Of a DNA stretch of 64,000 nt, positions 1-13,837 are shown one piece after another. Below the pieces are notes generated by a model, which was given only the letters and a program-made list of their open reading frames with translations, was not told the origin of the DNA and searched no databases. Within the stretch, counting starts at the first letter, position 1. Every line of letters begins with the position of its first letter. This DNA comes from Eledone cirrhosa. Its lineage: Eukaryota. The position numbers and the translations under genes are program-made. The stretch lies in contig OZ024752.1 in the NCBI GenBank assembly GCA_964016885.1, positions 42,098,001 to 42,162,000 on the forward strand, in the 5' to 3' direction.

Positions 1-1050
<1,050 letters not shown>

Positions 1051-1092
1051 ACATCAATATAAATATATATTTCTATATATTTCTATCTACAG

Positions 1093-1193
1093 GGGCGGCC
1101 TTGAAGGACTGTACAGTGTGTCGTATCTATGGTACAATGTAATGGCCTTTGCTATGGTTATTATTTTTGGTCTCATTGTTAGTTTTGCTACTG
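1093..1193 (+). CDS. SLC5 sodium:solute symporter (SMCT/SMVT/NIS-like), internal exon encoding the last TM helix
   Basis: ag|...|gtaagt boundaries; encodes GGLEGLYSVSYLWYNVMAFAMVIIFGLIVSFATG, matching the LYxxSYLWY...GLIVSxxTG motif of SLC5A5/6/8/12. Confidence 0.85.
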
Positions 1194-1236
1194 GTAAGTA
1201 TAATGGCTGCTTACGTATTTTATATTGTGTTTGGGA

Positions 1237-1525
1237 CGCAGTACTATTAGAGCGTACGGGGTCGATAAAATAAAGTACCAGTAATACACTGGTATAATTG
1301 CTGGCCTTGTGCCAAAAGTAGAAACACTTATTAGAGCGTCGAACAACATGCTTTATAACACAGAGTTACGCCCCTTTGCGATCTGAGTACAACTCCTGCC
1401 CAAGTTAGCTTTGCATTTCATCCTTACGGGGGTCGATAAAATAAAATACCAGTAATGCACTGGGGTCAATTTAATCGACTTTCCCCTCCCCAAAAAATTG
1501 TTGGCCTTGTGTCTAAATCAGAAAC
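1237..1525 (+). mobile_element. tRNA-derived SINE fragments
   Basis: tttcatccttacgggggtcgataaaataaagtaccagtaatgcactggg, shared with copies at ~48430, ~55680, 36940-37105 and 55880-56430. Confidence 0.75.
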
Positions 1526-1533
1526 CATATATT

Positions 1534-1579
<46 letters not shown>

Positions 1580-1610
1580 ATGTATAGTTGCATATATAAT
1601 AGGGGCTTCA

Positions 1611-1681
<71 letters not shown>

Positions 1682-1685
1682 TGTA

Positions 1686-1725
<40 letters not shown>

Positions 1726-1750
1726 CACACACATTTATATATATATAATA

Positions 1751-1784
<34 letters not shown>

Positions 1785-1888
1785 GATGGATGGATGGAAC
1801 AAACCCTTGTTTTTATGCGTGTGTGTGTGTCGTGTGTATATGTGTGTATGTATAGGTGCATCTGTTTACACACACACACACACACACA

Positions 1889-1923
<35 letters not shown>

Positions 1924-2056
1924 TGCAACAAACCCTTGTTTTTACATGTTTTTATCATAAGAATGTTTCGTCTTTTAAATCCCTTTTCAATTTAAATGCT
2001 TTTTATGATAAATATTGCTACGAAACCAATTTAAACTATTTTTTATTGTTTTTAAG

Positions 2057-2175
2057 GGGCCAATAAACCAGAAGAAGTCAACCCCAAACATATTTGTCCT
2101 ATCTTCGATGTGTTATGCCCCTGTCTACCAAAGAAAATCAAGAAGAAGTTACACTTTGGTGTGAACCACGAAAAT
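2057..2175 (+). CDS. SLC5 symporter, penultimate exon
   Basis: ag/gt boundaries, phase-compatible with previous exon; ANKPEEVNPKHICPIFDVLCPCLPKKIKKKLHFGVNHEN resembles the SLC5 cytosolic tail (vdpxlixP..lP). Confidence 0.8.
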
Positions 2176-2249
2176 GTATGTAGTCTTAAAATATAACGGG
2201 ATTGAATTGACCAACTATCTATCTCTCTCTCCATCTATCTATCTATCTG

Positions 2250-2790
2250 TCTTTCTGACCACCGAGTCCATTGTCATGACCAAACCGCCACCCTCCTTCA
2301 AAAACGAAGGAGAGGCGGTTTTCCTTTGTGTGATAGCTATGGCGAAAGAGGTTGTATGGTGGACGAGGTTGAAAGGGCTGAGGTCAGACACCTTTCTCTC
2401 CGGCCAACAACTGATTCTTTTTTTCAAATACCACTTTGGAAGAAGAATCAGGATGGAGAGAGAGGTGCTGTACCCCAGCAAGTTTTATGAAAGGTGGGTG
2501 AAAGTGGCGAGAATGGCCCGAGTGAATGGGCCTTCTCTCTATATCAGCCTGTAGGTTGAGGAAAAGGAGGAAGAGAGGAAAGGAGTACAAGCTCTTCGTA
2601 CTCCTGGAGATGAGGGTTGCACATTTTTTTTCGGGGGTATGTGTTACCCATATAAACTGTCTCCCTCTATTGGGGAAAATCGACTAACTTTTAAAATTCC
2701 ATCTGTGATAACATTTTACACGTTTTTATTGTATGTAAACTTCCCCCTTTGTATTTGTCCCCTTCTTTTGTGCCCCTGTGGCTAATAAAG
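2250..2790 (+). mobile_element. 5'-truncated L1/Tx1-like LINE 3' end (ORF2 C-terminus and 3' UTR) in an intron
   Basis: Open frame ...FLCVIAMAKEVVWWTRLK...FYERWVKV resembles Tx1/L1 ORF2 C-termini; followed by aataaa and flanked by (TCTA/TCTG)n. Confidence 0.55.
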
Positions 2791-2921
2791 AAATATATCT
2801 ATCTGTCTGTCTTTCTGTCTGTCTTTCTGTCTGTCTGTCTTTCTGTATGTGTGTCTGTACGTCTGTCTGTCTGTCGGTCGGTCTGTTATAAGTTAAACAT
2901 TTTCCCTCTTTTTTTTTTCAG

Positions 2922-2996
2922 AAATACGCAGAAAAATCTAGCGTGGAAATGAAGGTTTGCATAGAGAAGAATGGTACTGCAGAGACAACAGCCTGA
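2922..2996 (+). CDS. SLC5 symporter, probable terminal exon
   Basis: Strong polypyrimidine tract plus cag, phase 0; KYAEKSSVEMKVCIEKNGTAETTA then TGA. Confidence 0.6.
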   Translation, partial: KYAEKSSVEMKVCIEKNGTAETTA

Positions 2997-3012
2997 GAAT
3001 GGCACAAAGAGC

Positions 3013-3088
<76 letters not shown>

Positions 3089-3742
3089 ACACACATCCAC
3101 ACACACATGCACACACATACACACACACACACATACACACACACACACACACACACAATCTCTCTCTCTTTCTCTCTCTCTCTTTCTCTATTCCAATATA
3201 TATGCCATCAAATGTATACAGCATCACACACAGACTCTTTTCCTCTCTCTCTCCCTCTCTCTCTCTCTCTACTCCCTCTCTTTATCTCTCTCCCGCTCTC
3301 TCTCTATCCCCCTCTCTATGTCCCCCCCTCTCTACTCCCTCTCTTTATCTCTCTCTACTCACCCACCCTACCAATATATATTGCCGTCAACACATACACA
3401 GACATATACTGCAATACCAGATTTACACATATGTTAATTAGGTTACAGCTCGTCCCTCATAGTTTAATATATATTAAAATATATAAACAAGATTGGTTAA
3501 CTTACAAAAGTATTTCGACATTTCAAATTTGAAAATATAGTCACATTACAGATTTTAGTATTAGTCGATAAGTATAAATAATGGTTGAATAAGTCGGGTA
3601 AAATAAGCCTGGGGTCGATTAAATGTGGATAAAGACTCTGTCCACTCTATTATTATAGTTATCGATATTGTGGTAACTGTTTTCAAAATATGATATATAT
3701 TAACAAGTAAGTTTGTTTTGAAACAGCGAACGAAGTTTGAAA

Positions 3743-3934
3743 TTTAGTAGAAATAGAAGCTGTTGCCGTGTTTTTGACAAAAGAAATTTTAGCCTGATAG
3801 TGGGAAAATGGATAGGGATGAGATACAGCAGTATTCATCCTTTTCCATTTTTTTTTTTAGAGGGTTTTAAACCTCGCTATCAGGCTAAAATTTCTTTAGT
3901 TAAAAATACGACGAAAATTTCTATTTCTACTATA
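3743..3934. repeat. Imperfect inverted repeat (~60 bp arms), MITE-like
   Basis: tagtagaaatagaa...aaagaaattttagcctgatag versus ctatcaggctaaaatttcttt...ttctatttctacta. Confidence 0.6.
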
Positions 3935-4239
3935 ATATATATTAATATATAGTTATGATAGGCGACATTTTTGTCAAAATTTAGAAATATTTTAATTGTT
4001 ATTAAATACATTTAAAAAAAAAAATATTTTGTGTTACCTCTGTTTTAGAGGTTGGCATAGATAGATGCTGGAGACACAGCATCGTTCTATGTCTAGGACG
4101 ATATTCATGTACTTTTAAATTTCATTATGTTTCTTGTGAATGGGTGTCGAGGGCCGGAAATGTTCTGTAGCCCAAGGCCCCTTGTTGATTTAAACCGGCT
4201 TTGATACACACTCATCTATATAAGGCTAACTAAAGTACA

Positions 4240-4365
<126 letters not shown>

Positions 4366-4404
4366 CAGGTAGTCCTATACACACACGAACAAACATAATC
4401 TTTA

Positions 4405-4680
4405 TCAACGAATACATAGACACAGCCCACACATAAATATAAATACACAAATACACACCACACATACATATATAAGTACACAAATACACACCACACATAC
4501 ATATATAAATACACAAACACACACCACACATACATATATAAATACACAAACACACACCACACATACATATATAAATACACAAATACAGCACACATACATA
4601 TATAAGTACACAAATACAGCACACATACATATATAAATACACAAACACACAGCACACATACATATATAAATACACAACAC
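4405..4680. repeat. ~31-33 bp CA-rich minisatellite
   Basis: cacacatacatatataaatacacaaacacac repeated ~8 times. Confidence 0.8.
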
Positions 4681-5435
4681 TGTTTATTTTCCTGACATTT
4701 GTACATTATTCTATGTACTATACATGCACCTTTGATGAGTTGTAGTGCACCTGAGCACTGTACACAATAATTTCATTATTATTATAACACACACACAATA
4801 TCTACATTTCTGTTCTATTTCAATCATTAGCTTTACCAGAGACTGGTTTATCATAAGTTCCAGGACCGGCGTTACCATGGTCAACTAGGGCACTAAATAC
4901 CTAGACACTGGCCCTAACAACTGTCCATCAAGCCCCTCACCAGAAATATCACATTTCATATTTACGTATATGGCTTTTCACCGATGTTCACTCTATTTGC
5001 TTTTCATGTTTCTAGACTTTGTAAAATACATACCAGTGATATTCTAAAATAAATGTGACTCTGTCATATTTTTGCACTCGTCGAAATAAGGCGAATTGGC
5101 AGGGTCTTTAGAGTCTTATAATATTTGGTTCGGCTCTATACGATCGGGGCTACAAAACCCGCCGAGGTTAGCTTTGCCTTTCATCTTTTCGGGGAAGGAG
5201 GACTGGAGGTCAACAGCCTTGGGGCGGTGGATTGACAGATTTTTTTTAAATAATGTGGGAGGAGAACGTCTTATGATTTTATCTGTTCTGGCTCAGTGCG
5301 TTCTGATCTGAGTTCAAATCCCGCCTCCTGTTGCCCATAAAGGAATTGCAACTGGCAGAAAGAACCAGCAATAGAAAGACCAATGGAACACTGAAACACT
5401 GTGTCATTGGTCAAACTTGATGATCCACTCCTTTC

Positions 5436-5557
<122 letters not shown>

Positions 5558-5577
5558 ATAATAATAAATGCGAAAAC

Positions 5578-5803
5578 TAAAATCCCAAGAGGGCTCGATA
5601 AGGATAAATATATATCAAATATATAAGAACCCTAGAGCAAATATTTATTAAAAAAACAAACAAATTAAACTTTAAGCAAACAATCGCTGCTTTCACCCTT
5701 AACCGTTAAGGGTGAAAGCAGCGATTCTTTGCTTAAACTTTAATCTGTTATTTTAATAAATATATATATATATATAATCCTTATCGAGCCCTTTTCGGAT
5801 TTT
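5578..5803. repeat. Fold-back palindrome of a dispersed repeat
   Basis: Centre aatcgctgctttcacccttaac-c-gttaagggtgaaagcagcgatt; outer arms agggctcgataaggat / atccttatcgagccct; related sequence at ~46945-47130. Confidence 0.75.
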
Positions 5804-5821
5804 AGTCTTCATAATTATTAT

Positions 5822-5928
<107 letters not shown>

Positions 5929-7147
5929 ACGACTGACATAAAGAATATCAGCAATGGAGAAAAAAAACCTCTGGAAAGATTTTTTGTTTGGTCTGATCTG
6001 GATATCAGCTCCTTTCCTTTCTTCTGCAAGGACTTGCGACTGACAGATAGTATCAGTAATGGAAAGACCAATGGAAATGTTGTTTCTTTGGTCTGATCTG
6101 GAAGATCGACTTCTTTCTTTCTTTCCTTCCTTTTTTTCTTTCTCTTCTTTTCTATCATCAGTTTCAACTTCCAGACAGAATGACTTCTTCTCTAGCGTTC
6201 TTGATGAAAGCATGAACTTCACAACATACCGTTTCTCCCCATCGTTTTATACCGAAATAAAAAAAATACCACATATTATCTTTCTGGTCATTTCTGTTCA
6301 CTTGTGTAGCTAATGTCTTCGGGAGAGGCATGATTGTTACTCAATCGCATTTTCTATTATCTCTAAGAAATTTTAATCGCATGACCACGAAGAAACCAGT
6401 GAGAGCATCTCACGAGTGTAAGGCGTATGTGTGTGTGTGGGGGGGGGGGGGACCCTAGAAGATATGGGCCTGGTCTGGCAAAGAGCAGTCGGTACATATA
6501 TTTTACATTTGTTAGAGGCCGTAAATATGCCTGAACTATATAAATAACAAGATTTAAAAAGAAAAGATTTTCAAGATTTCAGTATGTAGGTAAAAAATGT
6601 TTAATAAATTTTCAGCCTGAATTTTGAACAATTTCATGCTGTATTGAAATGTTCTAACAATTTTGAGGCTTACGCTCACGATATAAAGCTGTTGGTGGGT
6701 TGTTGAAAGGCATTGTTAATAATTAGTGTAACAAAGTAAAATATACCGTAGTTTTTCGATCAGTAATACAAATGATTTTAAGTGAGTTTGAGTTTAAATA
6801 ACTTCAGTAAAATAAATATATTGTCTCCACAGCAACAATGATAATGGCCAACTGAGAAAAAAATTAAAAAATGAAGTGAATTGATAAGAACACAGTCATT
6901 TTTGCACAATTTTGCAGAAACATTATTAGAATTTTTCAATAAATTTATGAAGAATAAAACCTAAATTATGAAAAAATAAAACCTTTCTCGCCCGTGGACA
7001 AAAATCTCACTAGATCTTGTGTACGTATGTTGTATATAATTGATAATATATATTACTGTTATATATTTCTTGTATCAATAAAGTATATGGGATAAATAGA
7101 TGAAAGTATAACAGAAATAAATAAAAATGTATTTAAATTAATAAAAT

Positions 7148-7444
7148 GAGATTGGCGTTCAGTTATATCGAACAGGCTGCTAATCGACAACTATTCACAG
7201 GCGCGATCCCACTACTGCTCAACACGGGGTCTTTTGCCTGCTGCGTTTCCGCCCTGGGCCGAAGCAATCCTCCTTAGTCAACCTGGTTCTAGTGAGCTCC
7301 CTCTCCAGCACCATATTGATGCCGAGCTTAGCGCGGACACCCGATCGCCATAGAAGACCGACTACCAGGTCTCCCATTCTCAAACCGGCCAACCAACCAC
7401 GCTTCCAAGTAGCTAGATTACAGGAGCACGCCACAACTCCCAGC
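7148..7444 (-). ncRNA. RN7SL: 7SL / SRP RNA, copy 1
   Basis: Minus strand GCTGGGAGTTGTGGCGTGCTCCTGTAAT...CGATCGGGTGTCCGCGCTAAGCTCGGCATCAATATGGTG...CCAGGGCGGAAACGCAGCAGG...CAGTAGTGGGATCGCGCCTGTGAATAG is collinear with human 7SL: Alu UGUNR, helix 6 GGAG loop, helix 8 GAAA loop. Only a T4 terminator follows. Confidence 0.95.
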
Positions 7445-7468
7445 GGTTACAAACGATCAAAATAAAAC

Positions 7469-7500
7469 ACTTGAGCCTAGTCTTTTCCTATCTACAGTTT
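7469..7500 (-). promoter_or_regulatory. Candidate proximal upstream Pol III element (-25 to -56), present in every copy
   Basis: Sense AACTGTAGATAGGAAAAGACTAGGCTCAAGT is nearly invariant across copies and partly conserved at the same offset in diverged copy 22. Confidence 0.5.
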
Positions 7501-8330
7501 TGTTCCCTAAATTATATTAATTATTTATGTCTACTTGTTTTTTTTTAATGTATAATTTTCTATTTGTAGAAAGCGATACGAAAACGTATAAAATATTAAT
7601 TTATTGTTTAATTTTACGTTGGCCATAAACAGCAGACGACAGCCTCGTTGTGGTAGAGAGATGGTGTTAATAAAGATACGAGATAATTGACGAAGAAAGT
7701 TAGCATTTGTGTTGGGCGATTGTGTTACTAGAAGAACCAGTAAAATCCACATCTATATCCCCTCTGTGTGATTTTTAAAGTGGGAAAGAATCTTTAGATA
7801 ATATAATCAATGATTCACTGAAAAAGACGGCATAATAACAGCTGGCCTGTCTTCGTTGATATATGAACAAACGTTGAATTAGACAGGATACAAGTGGCGA
7901 CTCAGAGCAGTTTTTGTTATTGAAATAAAATGAGGAGACAATGTTTTATTTCCACAAATAAAATAATATTTATTTCATTGAAATGATTAAGAGAAAGAAG
8001 AAATAAGTCGACGATGTGATCATACGACGGTGAGAGTGTATTGATAAGTTTGAGTGGGCATTAGTGGGTGTAATATTTTGAGTTATTTCCCTTCACAATG
8101 TTGGTTCGAATCACAGTAAAGTTGGTTTTGTTACACTGGTTATGGGTTGTAGGTTGTCTAAAATACGGTGTGATTTAGTATAGTGGATGGTTGTGTATTA
8201 GTTGTAGAATGTTGTATATTATTGATAATATATATTACTGTTATATATTTGATGCATCTATAAGTATATAGGATAAATAGTTGAAGGTATAAGAGAAATG
8301 AATAAAAATGTATTTAAATTAATAAAAGTG

Positions 8331-8343
8331 AAAAAAAAAAAAA
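8331..8343 (-). terminator. Pol III oligo-T terminator (example; present after most copies)
   Basis: T13 run just after the 3' end of 7SL copy 2. Confidence 0.85.
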
Positions 8344-8344
8344 T

Positions 8345-8641
8345 GAGATTGGTGTTCAGTTATATCGAACAGGCTGCTAATCGACAACTATTCACAGGCG
8401 CGATCCCACTACTGCTCAACACGGGGTCTTTTGCCTGCTGCGTTTCCGCCCTGGGCCGAAGCAATCCTCCTTAGTCAACCTGGTGCTAGTGAGCTCCCTC
8501 TCCAGCACCATATTGATGCCGAGCTTAGCGTGGACACCCGATCGCCATAGAAGACCGACTACCAGGTCTCCCATTCTCAAACCGGCCAACCAACCAAGCT
8601 TCCAAGTAGCTAGATTACAGGAGCACGCCACAACTCCCAGC
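8345..8641 (-). ncRNA. RN7SL: 7SL / SRP RNA, copy 2
   Basis: Full 297-nt core plus T-run. Confidence 0.95.
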
Positions 8642-9745
8642 GGTTACAGACGATGAAAATTAATCACTTGAGCCTAGTCTTTTACTATCTACAGTTTTGT
8701 TCCCTAAATTATATTAATCATTTATGTCTACTTGTTTTTTTTTAATGTATAATTTTCTATTTGTAGAAAACGATACGAAAACGTATAAAATATTAATTTA
8801 TTGTTTAATTTTACGTTGGCCATAAACAGCAGACGACAGCCTCGTTGTGGTAGAGAGATGGTGTTAATAAAGACAAGCGAGATAATTGACGAAGAAAGTT
8901 AGCATTTGTGTTGGTCGATTGTGTAGCTAGAAGTAGCAGTGGAATCCACATCCATATACCTTCCCTGTGATTTCTAAAGCGGCAAGTAGTCATTAGATAA
9001 TATAGTCAACGATGCACTGAAAAAGCCTGGGCGATAACAGCTGGTCTGTCTTCGTTGATTTAGAAAGGAAAGAAGCAACGGATCACAGTCGGTTTTGTTA
9101 TTGAAATAAAATGAGGAAACAGTGTTTTAATTGTACAAATAAGACAATATGTATATCATTGAAATACTTTTTTAGAAAAGAAAGCAGGCGATCACCAGAT
9201 GGAGGGAACGAGGGGGGGGGGGGTATATTGATAAGTTTGAGTGGCATAAGTGAGTATAATGTTGTGAGTAATCTCCCTTTATGAATAAGTTTCGAATCGC
9301 AGCAAAGTTGGTCTGGTGATAGTGGTTACATTGGTTGTAGGTGGTCTGATGGGGTGTAATTTAGTATAGGGGAATATAATGGTTTGTATGAATGGTTAAA
9401 ATAAGGATGGTTGATGATTTGTGGGGATGGATGTTAAATATGAAAAAATTTATTTACCATTGTATAAATAACATTATAAATTATTCCCAATAGTTTGAGA
9501 ATGAAAATCTAAACAGAAGTATAAAGCCGTGTATATTAAATAGAATTAACTATTGCTAGGAGGGTCATAAATATAACATATAAATATAGGAAGGAGAGAA
9601 AGAAAGAAAATGTAACATAAATATAAACGAGCACCATTTCAGCAGGTTGTATATAATTGATAAAAAAAATCTTCTTGTTCTATAGTAAATAAGTAAATAG
9701 ATGAAATAAAGATGTATTTAAATTAATAAAATTGAAAAAAAAAAC

Positions 9746-10042
9746 GAGATTGGTGTTCAGTTATATCGAACAGGCTGCTAATCGACAACTATTCACAGGC
9801 GCGATCCCACTACCGCTCAACACGGGGTCTTTTGCCTGCTGCGTTTCCGCCCTGGGCCGAAGCAATCCTCCTTAGTCAACCTGGTTCTAGTGAGCTCCCT
9901 CTCCAGCACCATATTGATGCCGAGCTTAGCGCGGACACCCGATCGCCATAGAAGACCGACTACCAGGTCTCCCATTCTCAAACCGGCCAACCAACCAAGC
10001 TTCCAAGTAGCTAGATTACAGGAGCACGCCACAACTCCCAGC
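9746..10042 (-). ncRNA. RN7SL: 7SL / SRP RNA, copy 3
   Basis: Full core plus T-run. Confidence 0.95.
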
Positions 10043-10942
10043 GGTTACAAACGATCAAAATAAAACACTTGAGCCTAGTCTTTTCCTATCTACAGTTTTG
10101 TTCCCTAAATTATATTAATTATTTATGTCTACTTGTTTTTTTTTAATGTATAATTTTCTATTTGTAGAAAGCGATACGAAAACGTATAAAATATTAATTT
10201 ATTGTTTAATTTTACGTTGGCCATAAACAGCAGACGACAGCCTCGTTGTGGTAGAGAGATGGTGTTAATAAAGATACGAGATAATTGACGAAGAAAGTTA
10301 GCATTTGTGTTGGGCGATTGTGTTACTAGAAGAACCAGTAAAATCCACATCTATATCCCCTCTGTGTGATTTTTAAAGTGGGAAAGAATCTTTAGATAAT
10401 ATAATCAATGATTCACTGAAAAAGACGGCATAATAACAGCTGGCCTGTCTTCGTTGATATATGAACAAACGTTGAATTAGATAGGATACAAGTGGCGACT
10501 CAGAGCAGTTTTTGTTATTGAAATAAAATGAGGAGACAATGTTTTATTTCCACAAATAAAATAATATTTATTTCATTGAAATGATTAAGAGAAAGAAGAA
10601 ATAAGTCGACGATGTGATCATACGACGGTGAGAGTGTATTGATAAGTTTGAGTGGGCATTAGTGGTTGTAATATCTTGAGTTATTTCCCTTCACAATGTT
10701 GGTTCGAATCACAGTAAAGTTGGTTTTGTTACACTGGTTATGGGTTGTAGGTTGTCTAAAATACGGTGTGATTTAGTATAGTGGATGGTTGTGTATTAGT
10801 TGTAGAATGTTGTATATTATTGATAATATATATTACTGTTATATATTTGATGCATCTATAAGTATATAGGATAAATAGTTGAAGGTATAAGAGAAATGAA
10901 TAAAAATGTATTTAAATTAATAAAAGTGAAAAAAAAAAAAAT

Positions 10943-11239
10943 GAGATTGGTGTTCAGTTATATCGAACAGGCTGCTAATCGACAACTATTCACAGGCGCG
11001 ATCCCACTACTGCTCAACACGGGGTCTTTTGCCTGCTGCGTTTCCGCCCTGGGCCGAAGCAATCCTCCTTAGTCAACCTGGTGCTAGTGAGCTCCCTCTC
11101 CAGCACCATATTGATGCCGAGCTTAGCGCGGACACCCGATCGCCATAGAAGACCGACTACCAGGTCTCCCATTCTCAAACCGGCCAACCAACCAAGCTTC
11201 CAAGTAGCTAGATTACAGGAGCACGCCACAACTCCCAGC
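10943..11239 (-). ncRNA. RN7SL: 7SL / SRP RNA, copy 4
   Basis: Full core plus T-run. Confidence 0.95.
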
Positions 11240-12342
11240 GGTTACAGACCATCAAAATTAATCACTTGAGCCTAGTCTTTTACTATCTACAGTTTTGTTC
11301 CCTAAATTATATTAATCATTTATGTCTACTTGTTTTTTTTTAATGTATAATTTTCTATTTGTAGAAAACGATACGAAAACGTATAAAATATTAATTTATT
11401 GTTTAATTTTACGTTGGCCATAAACAGCAGACGACAGCCTCGTTGTGGTAGAGAGATGGTGTTAATAAAGACAAGCGAGATAATTGACGAAGAAAGTTAG
11501 CATTTGTGTTGGTCGATTGTGTAGCTAGAAGTAGCAGTGGAATCCACATCCATATACCTTCCCTGTGATTTCTAAAGCGGCAAGTAGTCATTAGATAATA
11601 TAGTCAACGATGCACTGAAAAAGCCTGGGCGATAACAGCTGGTCTGTCTTCGTTGATTTAGAAAGGAAAGAAGTAACGGATCACAGTCGGTTTTGTTATT
11701 GAAATAAAATGAGGAAACAGTGTTTTAATTGTACAAATAAGACAATATGTATATCATTGAAATACTTTTTTAGAAAAGAAAGCAGGCGATCACCAGATGT
11801 AGGGAACGAGGGGGGGGGGGTATATTGATAAGTTTGAGTGGCATAAGTGAGTATAATGTTGTGAGTAATCTCCCTTTATGAATAAGTTTCGAATCGCAGC
11901 AAAGTTGGTCTGGTGATAGTGGTTACATTGGTTGTAGGTGGTCTGATGGGGTGTAATTTAGTATAGGGGAATATAATGGTTTGTATGAATGGTTAAAATA
12001 AGGATGGTTGATGATTTGTGGGGATGGATGTTAAATATGAAAAAATTTATTTACCATTGTATAAATAACATTATAAATTATTCCCAATAGTTTGAGAATG
12101 AAAATCTAAACAGAAGTATAAAGCCGTGTATATTAAATAGAATTAACTATTGCTAGGAGGGTCATAAATATAACATATAAATATAGGAAGGAGAGAAAGA
12201 AAGAAAATGTAACATAAATATAAACGAGCACCATTTCAGCAGGTTGTATATAATTGATAAAAAAAATCTTCTTGTTCTATAGTAAATAAGTAAATAGATG
12301 AAATAAAGATGTATTTAAATTAATAAAATTGAAAAAAAAAAC

Positions 12343-12638
12343 GAGATTGGTGTTCAGTTATATCGAACAGGCTGCTAATCGACAACTATTCACAGGCGCG
12401 ATCCCACTACTGCTCAACACGGGGTCTTTTGCCTGCTGCGTTTCTGCCTGGGCCGAAGCAACCCTCCTTAGTCAACCTGGTTCTAGTGAGCTCCCTCTCC
12501 AGCACCATATTGATGCCGAGCTTAGCGCGGACACCCGATCGCCATAGAAGACCGACTACCAGGTCTCCCATTCTCAAACCGGTCAACCAACCAAGCTTCC
12601 AAGTAGCTAGATTACAGGAGCACGCCACAACTCCCAGC
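12343..12638 (-). ncRNA. RN7SL: 7SL / SRP RNA, copy 5 (helix 8 lesion)
   Basis: Core with a 1-nt deletion and a substitution: CCAGGCAGAAACGC instead of CCAGGGCGGAAACGC. Confidence 0.9.
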
Positions 12639-13540
12639 GGTTATAAACGATCAAAATTAAACACTTGAGCCTAGTCTTTTCCTATCTACAGTTTTGTTCC
12701 CTAAATTATATTAATTATTTATGTCTACTTGTTTTTTTTTAATGTATAATTTTCTATTTGTAGAAAGGGATACGAAAACGTATAACATATTAATTTATTG
12801 TTTAATTTTACGTTGGCCATAAACAGCAGACGACAGCCTCGTTGTGGTAGAGAGATGGTGTTAGTAAAGACACGAGATAATTGACGAAAAAAGTTAACAT
12901 TTGTGTTGGTCGATTGTGTTGCTAGAAGTAGCAGTGGAATCCACATCCATATCCCTTTTGTGTGATTTTTTTAAAGTGGGAAAGAATCTTTAGATAATAT
13001 AATCAAAGATTCACTGAAAAAGACGGCATAATAACAGCCGGCATGTCTTCGTTGATATATGAACGAAGGTTGATTTAGAAATGAAACAAGTAGCGACTCA
13101 GAGCAGTTTTTGTTATTGAAATAAAATGAGGAAACAATGTTTTATTTCCACAAGTAAAATAATATTTATTTCATTGAAATGATTAAAAGAAAGAAGAAAT
13201 AAGTCGACGATGTGATCATACGACGGTGAGAGTGTATTGATAAGTTTGAGTAGGCATTAGTGGGTGTAATATTTTGAGTTATTTCCCTTCACAATGTTGG
13301 TTCGAATCACAGTAAAGTTGGTTTTGTTACACTGGCTATGGGTTGTAGGTTGTCTAACATACGGTGTGATTTAGTATAGTGGAGGGATGTGTATTTGTTG
13401 TAGAATGTTGTATATTATTGATAATATATATTACTGTTATATATTTCATGCATCTATAAGTATATAGGATAAATAGTTGAAGGTATAAGAGAAATGAATA
13501 AAAATGTATTTAAATTAATAAAAGTGAAAAAAGAAAAAAT

Positions 13541-13837
13541 GAGATTGGTGTTCAGTTATATCGAACAGGCTGCTAATCGACAACTATTCACAGGCGCGAT
13601 CCCACTACTGCTCAACACGGGGTCTTTTGCCTGCTGCGTTTCCGCCCTGGGTCGAAGCAATCCTCCTTAGTCAACCTGGTTCTAGTGAGCTCCCTCTCCA
13701 GCACCATATTGATGCCGAGCTTAGCGCAGACACCCAATCGCCATAGAAGACCGACTACCAGGTCTCCCATTCCCAAACCGGCCAACCAACCAAGCTTCCA
13801 AGTAGCTAGATTACAGGAGCACGCCACAACTCCCAGC
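13541..13837 (-). ncRNA. RN7SL: 7SL / SRP RNA, copy 6
   Basis: Full core plus T-run. Confidence 0.95.

Noticed and set aside
5940-6335. Possible exon (KRYVVKFMLSSRTLEKK...KEEKEKKEGKKERSRS)
   Set aside because: No recognisable family and no convincing splice sites; would need tBLASTx or RNA-seq
7219-7434. Repeated 71-aa ORF MACSCNLATWK... as a tandem peptide gene family
   Set aside because: It has a GTG start inside the 7SL RNA, conservation is explained by RNA structure, and it is frameshifted or stopped in copies 5, 18, 19 and 22
7531-7752. Spacer ORFs with signal-peptide-like start (MWIPLLLLAT...)
   Set aside because: Frames break inconsistently between copies; the region is upstream flank
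8040-8125. tRNA gene in the spacers
   Set aside because: GGTTCGAATC is present but acceptor, T and anticodon stems do not pair
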